A stretch of 62,547 nt of DNA, filler included. It is 6 parts of 6 records of this genome, joined end to end, with 100 filler letters (N's around TTAATTAATTAA, not from the genome) between each part and the next. Parts side by side here need not be neighbours in the genome. Positions count along the whole stretch, not along the records: positions 11,597 to 27,080 come from SRR22947725_1445; positions 27,181 to 38,578 come from SRR22947725_1448; 4 more parts are not named here. One strand, 5' to 3'. Positions 19,564-29,031 of the stretch are shown in pieces. The notes under the pieces are model-generated. The model saw only the letters and a list, made by a program, of their open reading frames with translations, ran no database searches and was not told the origin of the DNA. Positions within the stretch are counted from its first letter, which is position 1; each line of letters starts with the position of its first letter. Made by a program: the position numbers and the translations under genes.

Positions 19564-20337
19564 ATGGATACAAAATTAGAAATAGCAAAAAATTGGCTTC
19601 CTAGATACACTGGAATGCCATTAGAACAATTTGGTGAATATATTCTTATCACCAATTTTAAAGATTACGTAACTAAATTCTCAGAAAGGTTCTCTGCAGA
19701 AATTTATGGTGAAGGAAGAGCAATGCAAGCCTCAACTAATAGCGATGGCTTAACAATAATTAATTATGGTATTGGCTCTCCCAACGCTGCAACAATTATG
19801 GATTTATTAGTTGCTGTAGCCCCTAAAGGAGTTCTTTTCTTAGGTAAATGTGGTGGTTTGAAGGATTCATCAGAGATTGGTAATTTTATTCTTCCAATTG
19901 GTGCCATTAGAGGCGATGGAACATCAAACGACTATTTTCCACCCGAAGTTCCTGCACTCCCATCATTTAAATTACATAAGTTTGTTTCAGATATTGTCAT
20001 TGAAAAAAATAGCGATTATAGAACGGGTGTAATCTTTACAACAAATAGAAGGGTATGGGAGCATGATAAACGCTTTCTAAAGAGGTTAAAAAAGACTACT
20101 GCTATAGGTGTTGATATGGAGACAGCAACTGTTTTTTCTGTTGGACACTATAACGAGATAGCTCGAGGAGCTTTATTACTAGTATCTGATGTACCTTTAA
20201 CTCCAGAGGGAGTTAAAACAGAGACTTCCGACAAACAAGTCACTCAAAAGTGGGTAGATCTTCATCTAGAAATTGGTATAAAAGCAATGACAGATATAGG
20301 TCAAAGTGGTGAAGAAATAAAGCATTTTAAATACTGA
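19564..20337 (+). CDS. amn: AMP nucleosidase (short form)
   Basis: NWLPRYTG, GIGSPNAATIMDLL, FLGKCGGL, TTNRRVWE, DMETAT. Confidence 0.88.
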   Translation: MDTKLEIAKNWLPRYTGMPLEQFGEYILITNFKDYVTKFSERFSAEIYGEGRAMQASTNSDGLTIINYGIGSPNAATIMDLLVAVAPKGVLFLGKCGGLKDSSEIGNFILPIGAIRGDGTSNDYFPPEVPALPSFKLHKFVSDIVIEKNSDYRTGVIFTTNRRVWEHDKRFLKRLKKTTAIGVDMETATVFSVGHYNEIARGALLLVSDVPLTPEGVKTETSDKQVTQKWVDLHLEIGIKAMTDIGQSGEEIKHFKY

Positions 20338-20340
20338 TAA

Positions 20341-20853
20341 TTATTGAATTAGTGACTGGAAATAGTTAAATATTTCTTGTTGCTTCCTATCTCTTGCAGT
20401 TGTCCATTCTTTGGTAGAGTCCATGTTTAGAATATTTTTCTTTTTATCAAAAACAAGAACTCTAGGCACACCTTCTTCTTTTGGTATATTGAAGTAACTT
20501 ATTAGGTTCATATTCTTATCATATCTACCAACATCTACATGCATAATTCTATAGTATCGATCCATATATTTTTTTATGGTTGGAAGTTGAAGAGTTCCAT
20601 CCAGTATTCTGCAATCGGGACACCAGTTTCCGCCAAATATAATTATAGGTTGCTTTGATTGTTTAATAGTTTTATTTAAAAATTCTTCAACATCATTCTC
20701 AGAGTATATTTCTCCATTGTAAGGAAGGGGTAATGGCATCTCTAAGACTTCATTGGAGGGTATGTTTATATTATTAGCAGTCATGGTTAATGGAAAAATA
20801 ATGATATAAAAAAAAGAACAATATTTAATTACATTTAAAATCATATAAGGCAT
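20341..20853 (-). CDS. Exported thioredoxin-family protein
   Basis: FGGNWCPDCR active site, cis-Pro GVP, N-terminal hydrophobic segment. Confidence 0.85.
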   Translation of the reverse strand: MPYMILNVIKYCSFFYIIIFPLTMTANNINIPSNEVLEMPLPLPYNGEIYSENDVEEFLNKTIKQSKQPIIIFGGNWCPDCRILDGTLQLPTIKKYMDRYYRIMHVDVGRYDKNMNLISYFNIPKEEGVPRVLVFDKKKNILNMDSTKEWTTARDRKQQEIFNYFQSLIQ

Positions 20854-20885
20854 ATTACAATATTAAAAGATAAGGGAGAATTAAA

Positions 20886-21296
20886 ATGTTATGGATTATT
20901 AGATTATATTTATTTTTGATGGGTTTAATTTATCTTGCCATAGGAGTTTGGGCAATTTTTGATTCACTATTTGACTTATTGCCATCATTCATGGAGGCTG
21001 TTGGACTAGGTGTAACCTCTGAAATTGGTTATTCAGAGATTGCAGGATTGTATGGGGGACTTAATATATGTATAGGTTTCATGTGCTTACTTGGTCTTTT
21101 TAAAGAGGAAGTAGTGGTATTTTCAATTCAATTTCTAACTTTCTTAACAGGATCAATAGCATCAGGAAGAGTTATATATTCTTTCATTCCAGCCACTCCA
21201 AGTTTCTTTAATACTTTTTTTATATTTGAGATGATTGCATGCCTTTTAGGGCTTTGGTTTTTAAGATCGTTTAAAAAATTAGATCAAGTTGCTTAA
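20886..21296 (+). CDS. Four-TM membrane protein (DUF4345-like)
   Basis: SEIAGLYGG motif, GR before the last TM; SD GGGAG upstream. Confidence 0.7.
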   Translation: MLWIIRLYLFLMGLIYLAIGVWAIFDSLFDLLPSFMEAVGLGVTSEIGYSEIAGLYGGLNICIGFMCLLGLFKEEVVVFSIQFLTFLTGSIASGRVIYSFIPATPSFFNTFFIFEMIACLLGLWFLRSFKKLDQVA

Positions 21297-22232
21297 ATTT
21301 AAGATATAAGCCAAATAGCCTAAAAGAAAAGTAAATCCAACAAATCTTATAAATTTAAGATTTACTTTTGAAGAAGAATAACCCCAAGCAATTAAAACAA
21401 ATAAAACCGATACTATTGCCAAAATTAAAAAATCTCTTGAAAGGATGCTTGCCTCAAAAGTTGTATCTGAAAATAGTCCAATAATTGGAACAACCAAAGC
21501 AATGTTCATTACATTTGAGCCAATAACATTCCCAATTACCATGTCATTCTTCTTCTTAATTATTGCTGAAATAGTTGCAGCCAGCTCTGGCAAGCTAGTC
21601 CCAATAGCAATTATTGTTAGACCTATTATCACTTGAGGTACGTTTAGTATGACTGCTATTTTTTCTGCATTAACCACAGCATAGTTAGAGCCAATAATTA
21701 ATGCTAGAAGCCCAATAACTAAAAATATTATTGTCTTTATAGTATTTATCTCTGAATGATGCTCTTCATTGTTATTAGTATCTGGGGTTCTAAAAACATA
21801 AGTTATATACATAAAAGCAACAAAGAGAAATAGAAATTCTATACTTTCACCTTTAGTAATTTTTAAATCAAGAAGACCAAGGCCCAAAATAATTACACCG
21901 AGAATAAATGGTAAAAATTGAATAGGATTTGTTTTAGCAGGTCTAATCGAGATTCCTATACACGACACCCCAAAAATCAGAGCAATATTTGATATATTGG
22001 ACCCAAGAACAGTTCCCATAGCAATAGCTTCAGTTCCATTTAATACCGATGAAATGCCTACAAATATTTCTGGAGCTGAAGTTCCAAGTGCAACTATAGT
22101 TAACCCAATTGTTAGCTCACTTAGGCCAAACTTTTTTGCAATCAATGAAGCATTATCAACAAATTTGTCAGCTCCCCAGACAAGAACTGCCAAAGCAACA
22201 AACAAACCAAAAAGATTATAAAGAATCATCAC
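21279..22232 (-). CDS. Calcium/sodium antiporter (YrbG family)
   Basis: Duplicated GTSAPE / GTSLPE and GSN motifs. Confidence 0.92.
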   Translation of the reverse strand: MMILYNLFGLFVALAVLVWGADKFVDNASLIAKKFGLSELTIGLTIVALGTSAPEIFVGISSVLNGTEAIAMGTVLGSNISNIALIFGVSCIGISIRPAKTNPIQFLPFILGVIILGLGLLDLKITKGESIEFLFLFVAFMYITYVFRTPDTNNNEEHHSEINTIKTIIFLVIGLLALIIGSNYAVVNAEKIAVILNVPQVIIGLTIIAIGTSLPELAATISAIIKKKNDMVIGNVIGSNVMNIALVVPIIGLFSDTTFEASILSRDFLILAIVSVLFVLIAWGYSSSKVNLKFIRFVGFTFLLGYLAYILNLSNLI

Positions 22233-22355
22233 TCATTCTAACATTTATATACTGATATATTATGCTCATTAATAAACGTATTTAGAAACATTTTTAAAGC
22301 CAATATTTCAAACTATTCAATATATAATGATGCTCTAAGTTAAAGGGAGACTATT

Positions 22356-23153
22356 ATGGAAATAAGTAATTTATTTAGTGTTAAAAATAAGGTTGCAGTT
22401 GTTACAGGTGGTTCTAGAGGCATTGGAGAGATGATTACTGCTGGATTTTTAGCAAATGGTGCAAAAGTTTATATTACCGCAAGAAAAGCTCCTGCACTTA
22501 TTGAAAAAGCTAAAGAGCTATCTGAGAAGTATGATGCAGAATGTATAGCTTTTCCTTGTGATCTAAGCACTATGGAGGGTATAGATTCGCTTGTAAGTCT
22601 GATAGCAGAAAAAGAAGAAGGAATAGATTATCTTGTTAATAATGCTGGTGCTGCATGGGGAGAGCCTTTTGAGAGTTTTTCAGAAAGTGGCTGGGACAAA
22701 GTCATGGATTTAAATGTAAAGAGTCTCTTTTTTTTAACTCAAAAAATGAAATCATTGCTTGTTGTGAGAGCATCACTAGAAGATCCATCTAGAGTTATCA
22801 ATATTGGCTCCATTGATGGTCTAGATGTTCCTGCATTTCCAACTTTCTCTTACAGTGCATCTAAGTCAGCCGTCCATCACTTGACAAGACATCTTGCATC
22901 ACAGCTTGTGTCAGAAAATATTACAGTTAATGCTATTGCTCCTGGACCCTATCCAAGTGCAATGCTAGGCTCAGCAGTTAATTCTGATTATTCAGAAATT
23001 GAAAGAAGAAATCCAAGAAAAAGAATAGGTAGCCCTGAAGATGTTGCTGGCTTGACAATTTTCTTGTGTTCTAGAGCAGGGGCTTATGTAGTAGGTGAGA
23101 CTATTGCTTCAGATGGAGGAATAGTTAAAACAGGTGGTCATAATTTAGGCTAA
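22356..23153 (+). CDS. Short-chain dehydrogenase/reductase
   Basis: TGGSRGIG, NNAG, YSASK catalytic motif. Confidence 0.93.
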   Translation: MEISNLFSVKNKVAVVTGGSRGIGEMITAGFLANGAKVYITARKAPALIEKAKELSEKYDAECIAFPCDLSTMEGIDSLVSLIAEKEEGIDYLVNNAGAAWGEPFESFSESGWDKVMDLNVKSLFFLTQKMKSLLVVRASLEDPSRVINIGSIDGLDVPAFPTFSYSASKSAVHHLTRHLASQLVSENITVNAIAPGPYPSAMLGSAVNSDYSEIERRNPRKRIGSPEDVAGLTIFLCSRAGAYVVGETIASDGGIVKTGGHNLG

Positions 23154-23164
23154 AAAAAATTCTT

Positions 23165-24067
23165 CTATTTTTTTGCTTCAACAAAAGCTTTGATTATTAG
23201 ATCTTTCATCCAGATATGACCGCCGTCACCTTCATCACTCTTATGCCATATTAAGAAATACTCCATAGAAGGAATTTCTGCAGGTATTTCAATAAAAGAA
23301 AGGTCATGCGCTTTTGCAAAGCTTCTTGTTGCAAATAGAACTAAATCAGTTGATTTGATAATTGTTGGAGCAATTAAAAAATGTTGACATCTTAAGGCTA
23401 CATTTCGACTGTGCCCAATTTTATCAAGCTCTACATCAATTAAATGTGAGCCGGTTCTTCTGCTAGAAACGTGTAAGTGTTGTTGGGCAAGAATATCATC
23501 AATTGATGGGTTGTTTATTTGAGACAGTGAGTGGCCTTCTCTATGAATTGCTACGAAGTCATCTTCAAATACCTTATATGAATTTATTTCATCAGAAACA
23601 GGAATGACTGGGTCTACAACAAAATCTAAATTATGGGTAGCTAAAGCATGAACTTGATCGCTTCTTTTATAGGCATAACTTCCAACAGAAATATATTTTG
23701 CATGTTGGTCAATTTCTTTCATTATGTAAGGCAAGACTCTTCCTTCAGAAATATCACCAAGCGATAATTTAAAAGTCCTTGAGGTCTTATTTGCATCAAA
23801 GGTATCTGGCTCATTAACGCTTTGCTGCATTAGGGTTAATGCACTTTGAATATCATTTATAATATTTTCTGTTTTTTGAGTTGGAACCATCCCAGTACCA
23901 GTTCTAATAAAAAGATCATCATCAAACTTTTCACGCAAACGTGACAACGCATTACTTACAGCAGGCTGAGTTATGCCAACAACTTCGGCAGCCTTTGTTA
24001 GACTCCCTTCGGTATAAATTGCGTTTAATATAACAAATAGATTTAAATCAAAGGTACTTATTTTCAT
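23165..24067 (-). CDS. LysR-family transcriptional regulator
   Basis: DLNL...SLTKAAEVVGITQPAVSNALSRLR HTH. Confidence 0.95.
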   Translation of the reverse strand: MKISTFDLNLFVILNAIYTEGSLTKAAEVVGITQPAVSNALSRLREKFDDDLFIRTGTGMVPTQKTENIINDIQSALTLMQQSVNEPDTFDANKTSRTFKLSLGDISEGRVLPYIMKEIDQHAKYISVGSYAYKRSDQVHALATHNLDFVVDPVIPVSDEINSYKVFEDDFVAIHREGHSLSQINNPSIDDILAQQHLHVSSRRTGSHLIDVELDKIGHSRNVALRCQHFLIAPTIIKSTDLVLFATRSFAKAHDLSFIEIPAEIPSMEYFLIWHKSDEGDGGHIWMKDLIIKAFVEAKK

Positions 24068-24212
24068 AGTTATTAATTTCTACAGTAGTTATGCATAAGT
24101 GCATATAGCATTGATTGGAACATAAAGCTATTATAGGAGTAATAGTTAATTGTATTATTCATCACACTTATAATGGTACCAAATATTAGTGTATATAGGG
24201 AGTTAAAATAGA

Positions 24213-25433
24213 ATGTTACCTAAATTACGACCAGAAGCTGAAGATCTTATATCAAGAGTAAAAGACTTTATTGAAAAAGAATGTGTTCCAGTTGAACATA
24301 CTTTTCATAAACAAATTCAAGTTGGCGAGAACAGATGGAAGTCGTATCCACCAATAATGAATGAGTTAAAAGACAAGGCAAAATCACTTGGTTTGTGGAA
24401 TTTATTTTTACCTGAAAGTGAATTCGGTGCAGGTTTAACGAATTATGAATATGCTCATCTGGCGGAAGCTATGGGAACTTGTCATATTGCATCAGAAGCA
24501 ATGAATTGTCAGGCTCCAGATACAGGAAACATGGAAGTTATAGCTAGATATGGGAATGAAGATCATCAAAAAGAATGGCTTCAACCCCTTCTTGATGGTG
24601 AGATAAGATCTGCTTTTGGAATGACAGAGCCTGGGGTTGCATCTTCTGATGCTACAAATATGCAGGCATCTGCAGTCATGGATGGAGATGAATACGTAAT
24701 TAATGGTGAGAAATGGTGGACATCTGGTGCTGGAGATCCAAGATGTAAAATAATTATATTTATGGCCGTTACCAATCCTGATGCAGCTAAACACCAAAGG
24801 CATTCTATGATGCTGGTACCTATGGAATCTGAGGGCATAGAAATTAAACAAATGATGCATGTCTTTGGTTATGATGATGCTCCTCACGGCCATGCTCATA
24901 TCAAATTTAATAATGTAAGAATACCAAAAGATAATCTTTTACTTGGAGAAGGAAGAGGGTTTGAGATTGCTCAAGGCCGACTAGGCCCTGGAAGAATTCA
25001 TCACTGTATGAGAACAATAGGAGTGGGAGAACGAGCTATTGATCTAATGTGTAAAAGAGGCATTGATCCAACCAAGATGCCATTTGGTAAAAATATAGCT
25101 AACTTAGGTGCTAATTTTGACTATATAGCTGAATCAAGAATTGAATTAAATGCAGCCAGACTTTTAACACTTGATGCTGCTCATAAAATGGATACTGTAG
25201 GTAATAAAATTGCAGCCAGTGAAATCGCACAAATTAAAGTCTATGTTCCAAATGTAGTATTAAAGATAATTGATAGAGCAATTCAAATGCATGGAGGAGA
25301 GGGCGTTTCACAGTTAACACCATTGGCATCTATGTATGCTCATATTAGAACATTAAGATTGGCTGATGGACCTGATGAAGTTCATAGAAGAGCGGTGGCT
25401 AGGCTTGAGCTTGGCAAATATATGGCGAAATAA
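24213..25433 (+). CDS. Acyl-CoA dehydrogenase (ACAD10/11-like)
   Basis: [46 protein letters not shown]. Confidence 0.94.
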   Translation: MLPKLRPEAEDLISRVKDFIEKECVPVEHTFHKQIQVGENRWKSYPPIMNELKDKAKSLGLWNLFLPESEFGAGLTNYEYAHLAEAMGTCHIASEAMNCQAPDTGNMEVIARYGNEDHQKEWLQPLLDGEIRSAFGMTEPGVASSDATNMQASAVMDGDEYVINGEKWWTSGAGDPRCKIIIFMAVTNPDAAKHQRHSMMLVPMESEGIEIKQMMHVFGYDDAPHGHAHIKFNNVRIPKDNLLLGEGRGFEIAQGRLGPGRIHHCMRTIGVGERAIDLMCKRGIDPTKMPFGKNIANLGANFDYIAESRIELNAARLLTLDAAHKMDTVGNKIAASEIAQIKVYVPNVVLKIIDRAIQMHGGEGVSQLTPLASMYAHIRTLRLADGPDEVHRRAVARLELGKYMAK

Positions 25434-26837
25434 TTGTCCTCTATTAATTTAATTTTCTACGATACAGAAACGACTGGAATTCAAAAAGATTTTAGTCAAA
25501 TACTTCAGTGTGGCTCTGTATTAACTGATAAATCATTAAATACATTAGCTGAACAAAATATTGGCTGTGCACCATTGCCATGGGTCATTCCTCAGCCTAT
25601 GGCTATGCTCACAAATAAAAAGATTGATCTTTTTAATTCAAATACTTCTCACTATCAAATGATGAAAGATCTCCAACTTCAATGGAAGAAATGGTCTGCA
25701 GAAAATCCTGCAATTTTTATTACATACAATGGACATGCCTTTGATGAAGAGTTAATAAGGAGGCAGTTTTTTTGGAACTTACTTGAGCCCTACACAACAA
25801 ACACAAATGGCAATGGCAGACTAGATCTCATGTTGATGATTCATAATATTGCTGCATTTTTTTCAAATGAGATATCTATACCTTTGTTTGAAGGTGGGCC
25901 GGGAATTAGCTATAAATTAGAACACTTAGCTCAAGAGCATGGAATTGATGCTGGCGATGCTCATGATGCAATAGCTGATTGCAACCTTATGATTGATCTG
26001 TGTAGAATCATTCAATCAAGATTACCAGAAGTATTTGAGTCATTCATCAATATCTCAACCAAACCAGGGGTAAAGGAATTACTGTATTCAGATGATTTTT
26101 TAGCCCTTGGCGAAATTCATAGAAGGCACACATTTAGATATCCAGTAATTACATGCGGTAGTGACGCTAGCAGACCAAATGAAATTGTATTTTATGATTT
26201 AAGCTATGATCCTGAAGATATTTTAGATTTAGACTTTACAGAGATTAATAAATTAGTCCAATCAAAAGGAAGAGACGGCCCTTTAAAAAAATATAAAATA
26301 AACAAAACCATACCTATTTGCTCTCACAAGCTTCTAACAGATCCAAATGCTTTTGATATTGAATTCAGTGAATTGCAAAGAAGAGCTGATATCGTTAGAT
26401 CAAATAAAGATTTTCAGTCTAAAGTATCGCAAGCAATGGAAGATAGAATGATGGATTTTCCAGAATCTGAGTATATTGAAGGAACAATATATTCTGGCGG
26501 ATTCCCATCTTATAGAGATAAAGATTTGATGCAAGAATTTCACATGTCAGATAATTTAGAACTTTTGGTAAAAATATCTAGGAATTTTGAAGATGAGCGC
26601 TTAAGACTTTTTGCTGAAAGAATAATATGCAGCCAATATTCTTCAAATATTCCAGAAGATATTAACAAAAGATATCAAGATTTAATAAACGAAAGAAATA
26701 GTGAAGAAGGCCCCTGGGGTTCAATAGAGAAATCTCTTATTCAGATAGATAAACTTTTAGATGAAAAAGATGAGGAAGAGAGTCAAAAAATTCTTAAAGC
26801 TACAAAATTAAAAATTGAATCAATGAAAGTTTCTTAA
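25434..26837 (+). CDS. sbcB: Exodeoxyribonuclease I
   Basis: DEDDh motifs YDTETTG, YNGHAFDEE, HDAIAD; IYSGGF; TTG start abuts the upstream stop. Confidence 0.88.
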   Translation: MSSINLIFYDTETTGIQKDFSQILQCGSVLTDKSLNTLAEQNIGCAPLPWVIPQPMAMLTNKKIDLFNSNTSHYQMMKDLQLQWKKWSAENPAIFITYNGHAFDEELIRRQFFWNLLEPYTTNTNGNGRLDLMLMIHNIAAFFSNEISIPLFEGGPGISYKLEHLAQEHGIDAGDAHDAIADCNLMIDLCRIIQSRLPEVFESFINISTKPGVKELLYSDDFLALGEIHRRHTFRYPVITCGSDASRPNEIVFYDLSYDPEDILDLDFTEINKLVQSKGRDGPLKKYKINKTIPICSHKLLTDPNAFDIEFSELQRRADIVRSNKDFQSKVSQAMEDRMMDFPESEYIEGTIYSGGFPSYRDKDLMQEFHMSDNLELLVKISRNFEDERLRLFAERIICSQYSSNIPEDINKRYQDLINERNSEEGPWGSIEKSLIQIDKLLDEKDEEESQKILKATKLKIESMKVS

Positions 26838-26910
26838 AATGAAATGGAGAGCCTAAGCTCTCCATTTTTGAATATCAGCAATTCTAATAGGGGGAGAGGA
26901 GTGCTGATGT
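26836..26910 (-). ncRNA. Candidate small RNA with C/U-rich loop
   Basis: Promoter-like TTGATA-16-TAAAAT, hairpin ATCAGCA/TGCTGAT with loop CUCCUCUCCCCCUAUUAGAAU, then the terminator. Confidence 0.45.
26842..26869. terminator. Bidirectional intrinsic terminator
   Basis: Perfect 11-bp stem AAATGGAGAGC-CTAA-GCTCTCCATTT with T runs in both directions. Confidence 0.85.
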
Positions 26911-27054
26911 GGTCTATTTTATATATTTATAATCTATTATCAATATTATTTATAATACTTTTAAAACAATCGTATTAAGCATATATGTATATCTATTAGA
27001 TATATAAATGGTCATTACCAATAGTTAAAATTTCTGTATAATGACTCCTTTTTT

Positions 27055-27080
27055 AGACCCGTAGCTCAGTTTTGGTTAGA
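27055..27080 (+). tRNA. 5' fragment of a tRNA; isotype not determinable
   Basis: AGACCCG-TAGCTCAGTTTTGGTTAGA acceptor strand and D-arm, preceded by TATAAT (27037-27042); truncated by the contig edge. Confidence 0.8.
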
Positions 27081-27180
27081 NNNNNNNNNNNNNNNNNNNN
27101 NNNNNNNNNNNNNNNNNNNNNNNNTTAATTAATTAANNNNNNNNNNNNNNNNNNNNNNNNNNNNNNNNNNNNNNNNNNNN
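27081..27180. other. Artificial contig spacer 2
   Basis: N44-TTAATTAATTAA-N44. Confidence 0.97.
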
Positions 27181-27182
27181 TT

Positions 27183-27377
27183 GCATTACCAAATATTTCG
27201 TTTGAAGTATCCTGCTCAAAAGGTACTTATATTCGATCGCTAGCACATGATTACGGGCAAGAGCTGGGGTGTGGAGCGCACTTGGCTTCATTATGCAGAA
27301 CCTCCATTGGGAAGTATTTGCTTAGAGACAGCCTGAGTTTGGAAGAATTTTTACATAGCTTAGAGGAAAAATCCTGA
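27183..27377 (+). CDS. truB: tRNA pseudouridine(55) synthase, C-terminal part (5'-truncated)
   Basis: Manual translation [37 protein letters not shown]; absent from the ORF track. Confidence 0.92.
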   Translation, partial: ALPNISFEVSCSKGTYIRSLAHDYGQELGCGAHLASLCRTSIGKYLLRDSLSLEEFLHSLEEKS

Positions 27378-27380
27378 GTT

Positions 27381-27965
27381 ATGGAATCTTCTCGATGTGA
27401 TTGGTGTTTAACAAATCCAACGTATATAATGTATCACGATACGGAATGGGGAGTTCCACTATATGATGACCAAAAATTGATTGAAGCCTTACTTTTAGAA
27501 ACCTTTCAATCGGGTTTATCTTGGTGGACTATCTTAAAAAAGAGGGCTAATTTTAGAAAGGCGTTTTACGATTTTGATCCGATTCGTGTTGCTCAAATGA
27601 CCAACTACGACGTAGAACAACTATTAAAAAACAAAGGGATTGTTCGCAGTCAAGGTAAAATTAGAGGTGCTATTTCAAATGCACAGTCATTTTTAAACAT
27701 CCAAAAAGAAGTGGGTAGTTTTAGTGACTTTATGTGGTCCTACACCAATGAAATTCCAATTCAACATGGATTTAGTCACTCATCGGAATTGCCTCAAACG
27801 ACAGCTCTTGCAAAACAAATGAGTAGTGACTTAAAAAAACGTGGCTTTAAATATATTGGGGAAGTTACCATGTATGCACATATGCAGGCCGTTGGGATGG
27901 TAAATGATCATGTTGTGGATTGTTTTAGGCACCGCGAGGTAGGCAATCTTAGTCGAGATACTTAA
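27381..27965 (+). CDS. tag: DNA-3-methyladenine glycosylase I
   Basis: RCDW, YHDTEWG, LETFQSGLSW, GMVNDHVVDC. Confidence 0.94.
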   Translation: MESSRCDWCLTNPTYIMYHDTEWGVPLYDDQKLIEALLLETFQSGLSWWTILKKRANFRKAFYDFDPIRVAQMTNYDVEQLLKNKGIVRSQGKIRGAISNAQSFLNIQKEVGSFSDFMWSYTNEIPIQHGFSHSSELPQTTALAKQMSSDLKKRGFKYIGEVTMYAHMQAVGMVNDHVVDCFRHREVGNLSRDT

Positions 27966-28581
27966 GAAACTCGGCGCGTGGTATTGGCGCTGCACCCATA
28001 CTTGCTAGGTGAGCAGTTGGCACCTGACAATCAATAAGTCTATATTTATTTTTCTTCAACTCTTGAGTAAGGTAAATTAAAGCTAGTTTGCTAGAATTAC
28101 TCGCTTTTGAAAACATGCTTTCTCCACAAAAAACATCTCCAATATCAATCCCGTATAGTCCGCCTACAAGCTCAGAACCATCCCATACTTCTACCGAATG
28201 TGCATGACCCTGTTCATGTAAAACACCATACACTTCCATAAGACCAGGTGTAATCCACGTGCCTGTTTGCCCAAAACGTTTTACACGAGCACACGATTTA
28301 ACTACCTGATTGAAGGCCTTATTAAACGTAATTTCATAGGGGTTTTTTCGCAAAAAAGCACGCATGCTTTTTGAGATACGAAGCTGGTCGGGTACAAGTA
28401 CCATTCGCGGATCTGGACTCCACCAAATCAAAAAATCATCTTGTTCAAACCAAGGGAAAATTCCTTTTTGGTAGGCAAGTAAAACCCGTTCGGGACGTAA
28501 ATCTCCACCAACAGCAACAATGCCCTCTTTAGTGGCAAGATGCGGCGAAGGAAAACGCAAAGATTCCGATAAATGATACAT
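27949..28581 (-). CDS. aat: Leucyl/phenylalanyl-tRNA-protein transferase
   Basis: AYQKGIFPW, WWSPDPR, TWI, FCGESMFS, IDCQ. Confidence 0.95.
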   Translation of the reverse strand: MYHLSESLRFPSPHLATKEGIVAVGGDLRPERVLLAYQKGIFPWFEQDDFLIWWSPDPRMVLVPDQLRISKSMRAFLRKNPYEITFNKAFNQVVKSCARVKRFGQTGTWITPGLMEVYGVLHEQGHAHSVEVWDGSELVGGLYGIDIGDVFCGESMFSKASNSSKLALIYLTQELKKNKYRLIDCQVPTAHLASMGAAPIPRAEFLKYLD

Positions 28582-28589
28582 TTTTTTAA

Positions 28590-28958
28590 TTAGAAGGGCA
28601 GGTCGTCTGCCTCTTCTTTATTTGATGGTGCATCGGGCATGGTTTCAAAGGGTGGAGCTGCTGGAGGTGGAGGTGTTGATGATTCCGCAGCATCAATACG
28701 CCATCCTTGTATGGAATTGAAATACTTAATTTCCCCTTGAGGGCTTTGCCACTCGCGCCCGCGAATGTTAATCCCCACTTTAATGCGCTGCCCTACTGAA
28801 AAAGAATCTAGTAAGCCACATTTATCCTGTACAAACTCAATAAGGATGTGTTGTGGATATTGCTCTTCAGTAGTAAGTACCAACTCGCGTTTTTGAAATC
28901 CGTTTGATCCGTATTCCTTAGTAGCGTCAATTTGTTTAATTTTTCCAGTAATTTCCAT
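28590..28958 (-). CDS. DUF3127 OB-fold protein with SSB-like acidic tail
   Basis: MEITGKI, FQKRE, QYPQ, IRGREW, YFNSIQGWRI; ends ADDLPF. Confidence 0.88.
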   Translation of the reverse strand: MEITGKIKQIDATKEYGSNGFQKRELVLTTEEQYPQHILIEFVQDKCGLLDSFSVGQRIKVGINIRGREWQSPQGEIKYFNSIQGWRIDAAESSTPPPPAAPPFETMPDAPSNKEEADDLPF

Positions 28959-29031
28959 GCTTTGGTTAGAATTGTTATTACAAATTTACTCAAAATTCAA
29001 AGAAAAAAACGAATGAAAATATACTATATTC

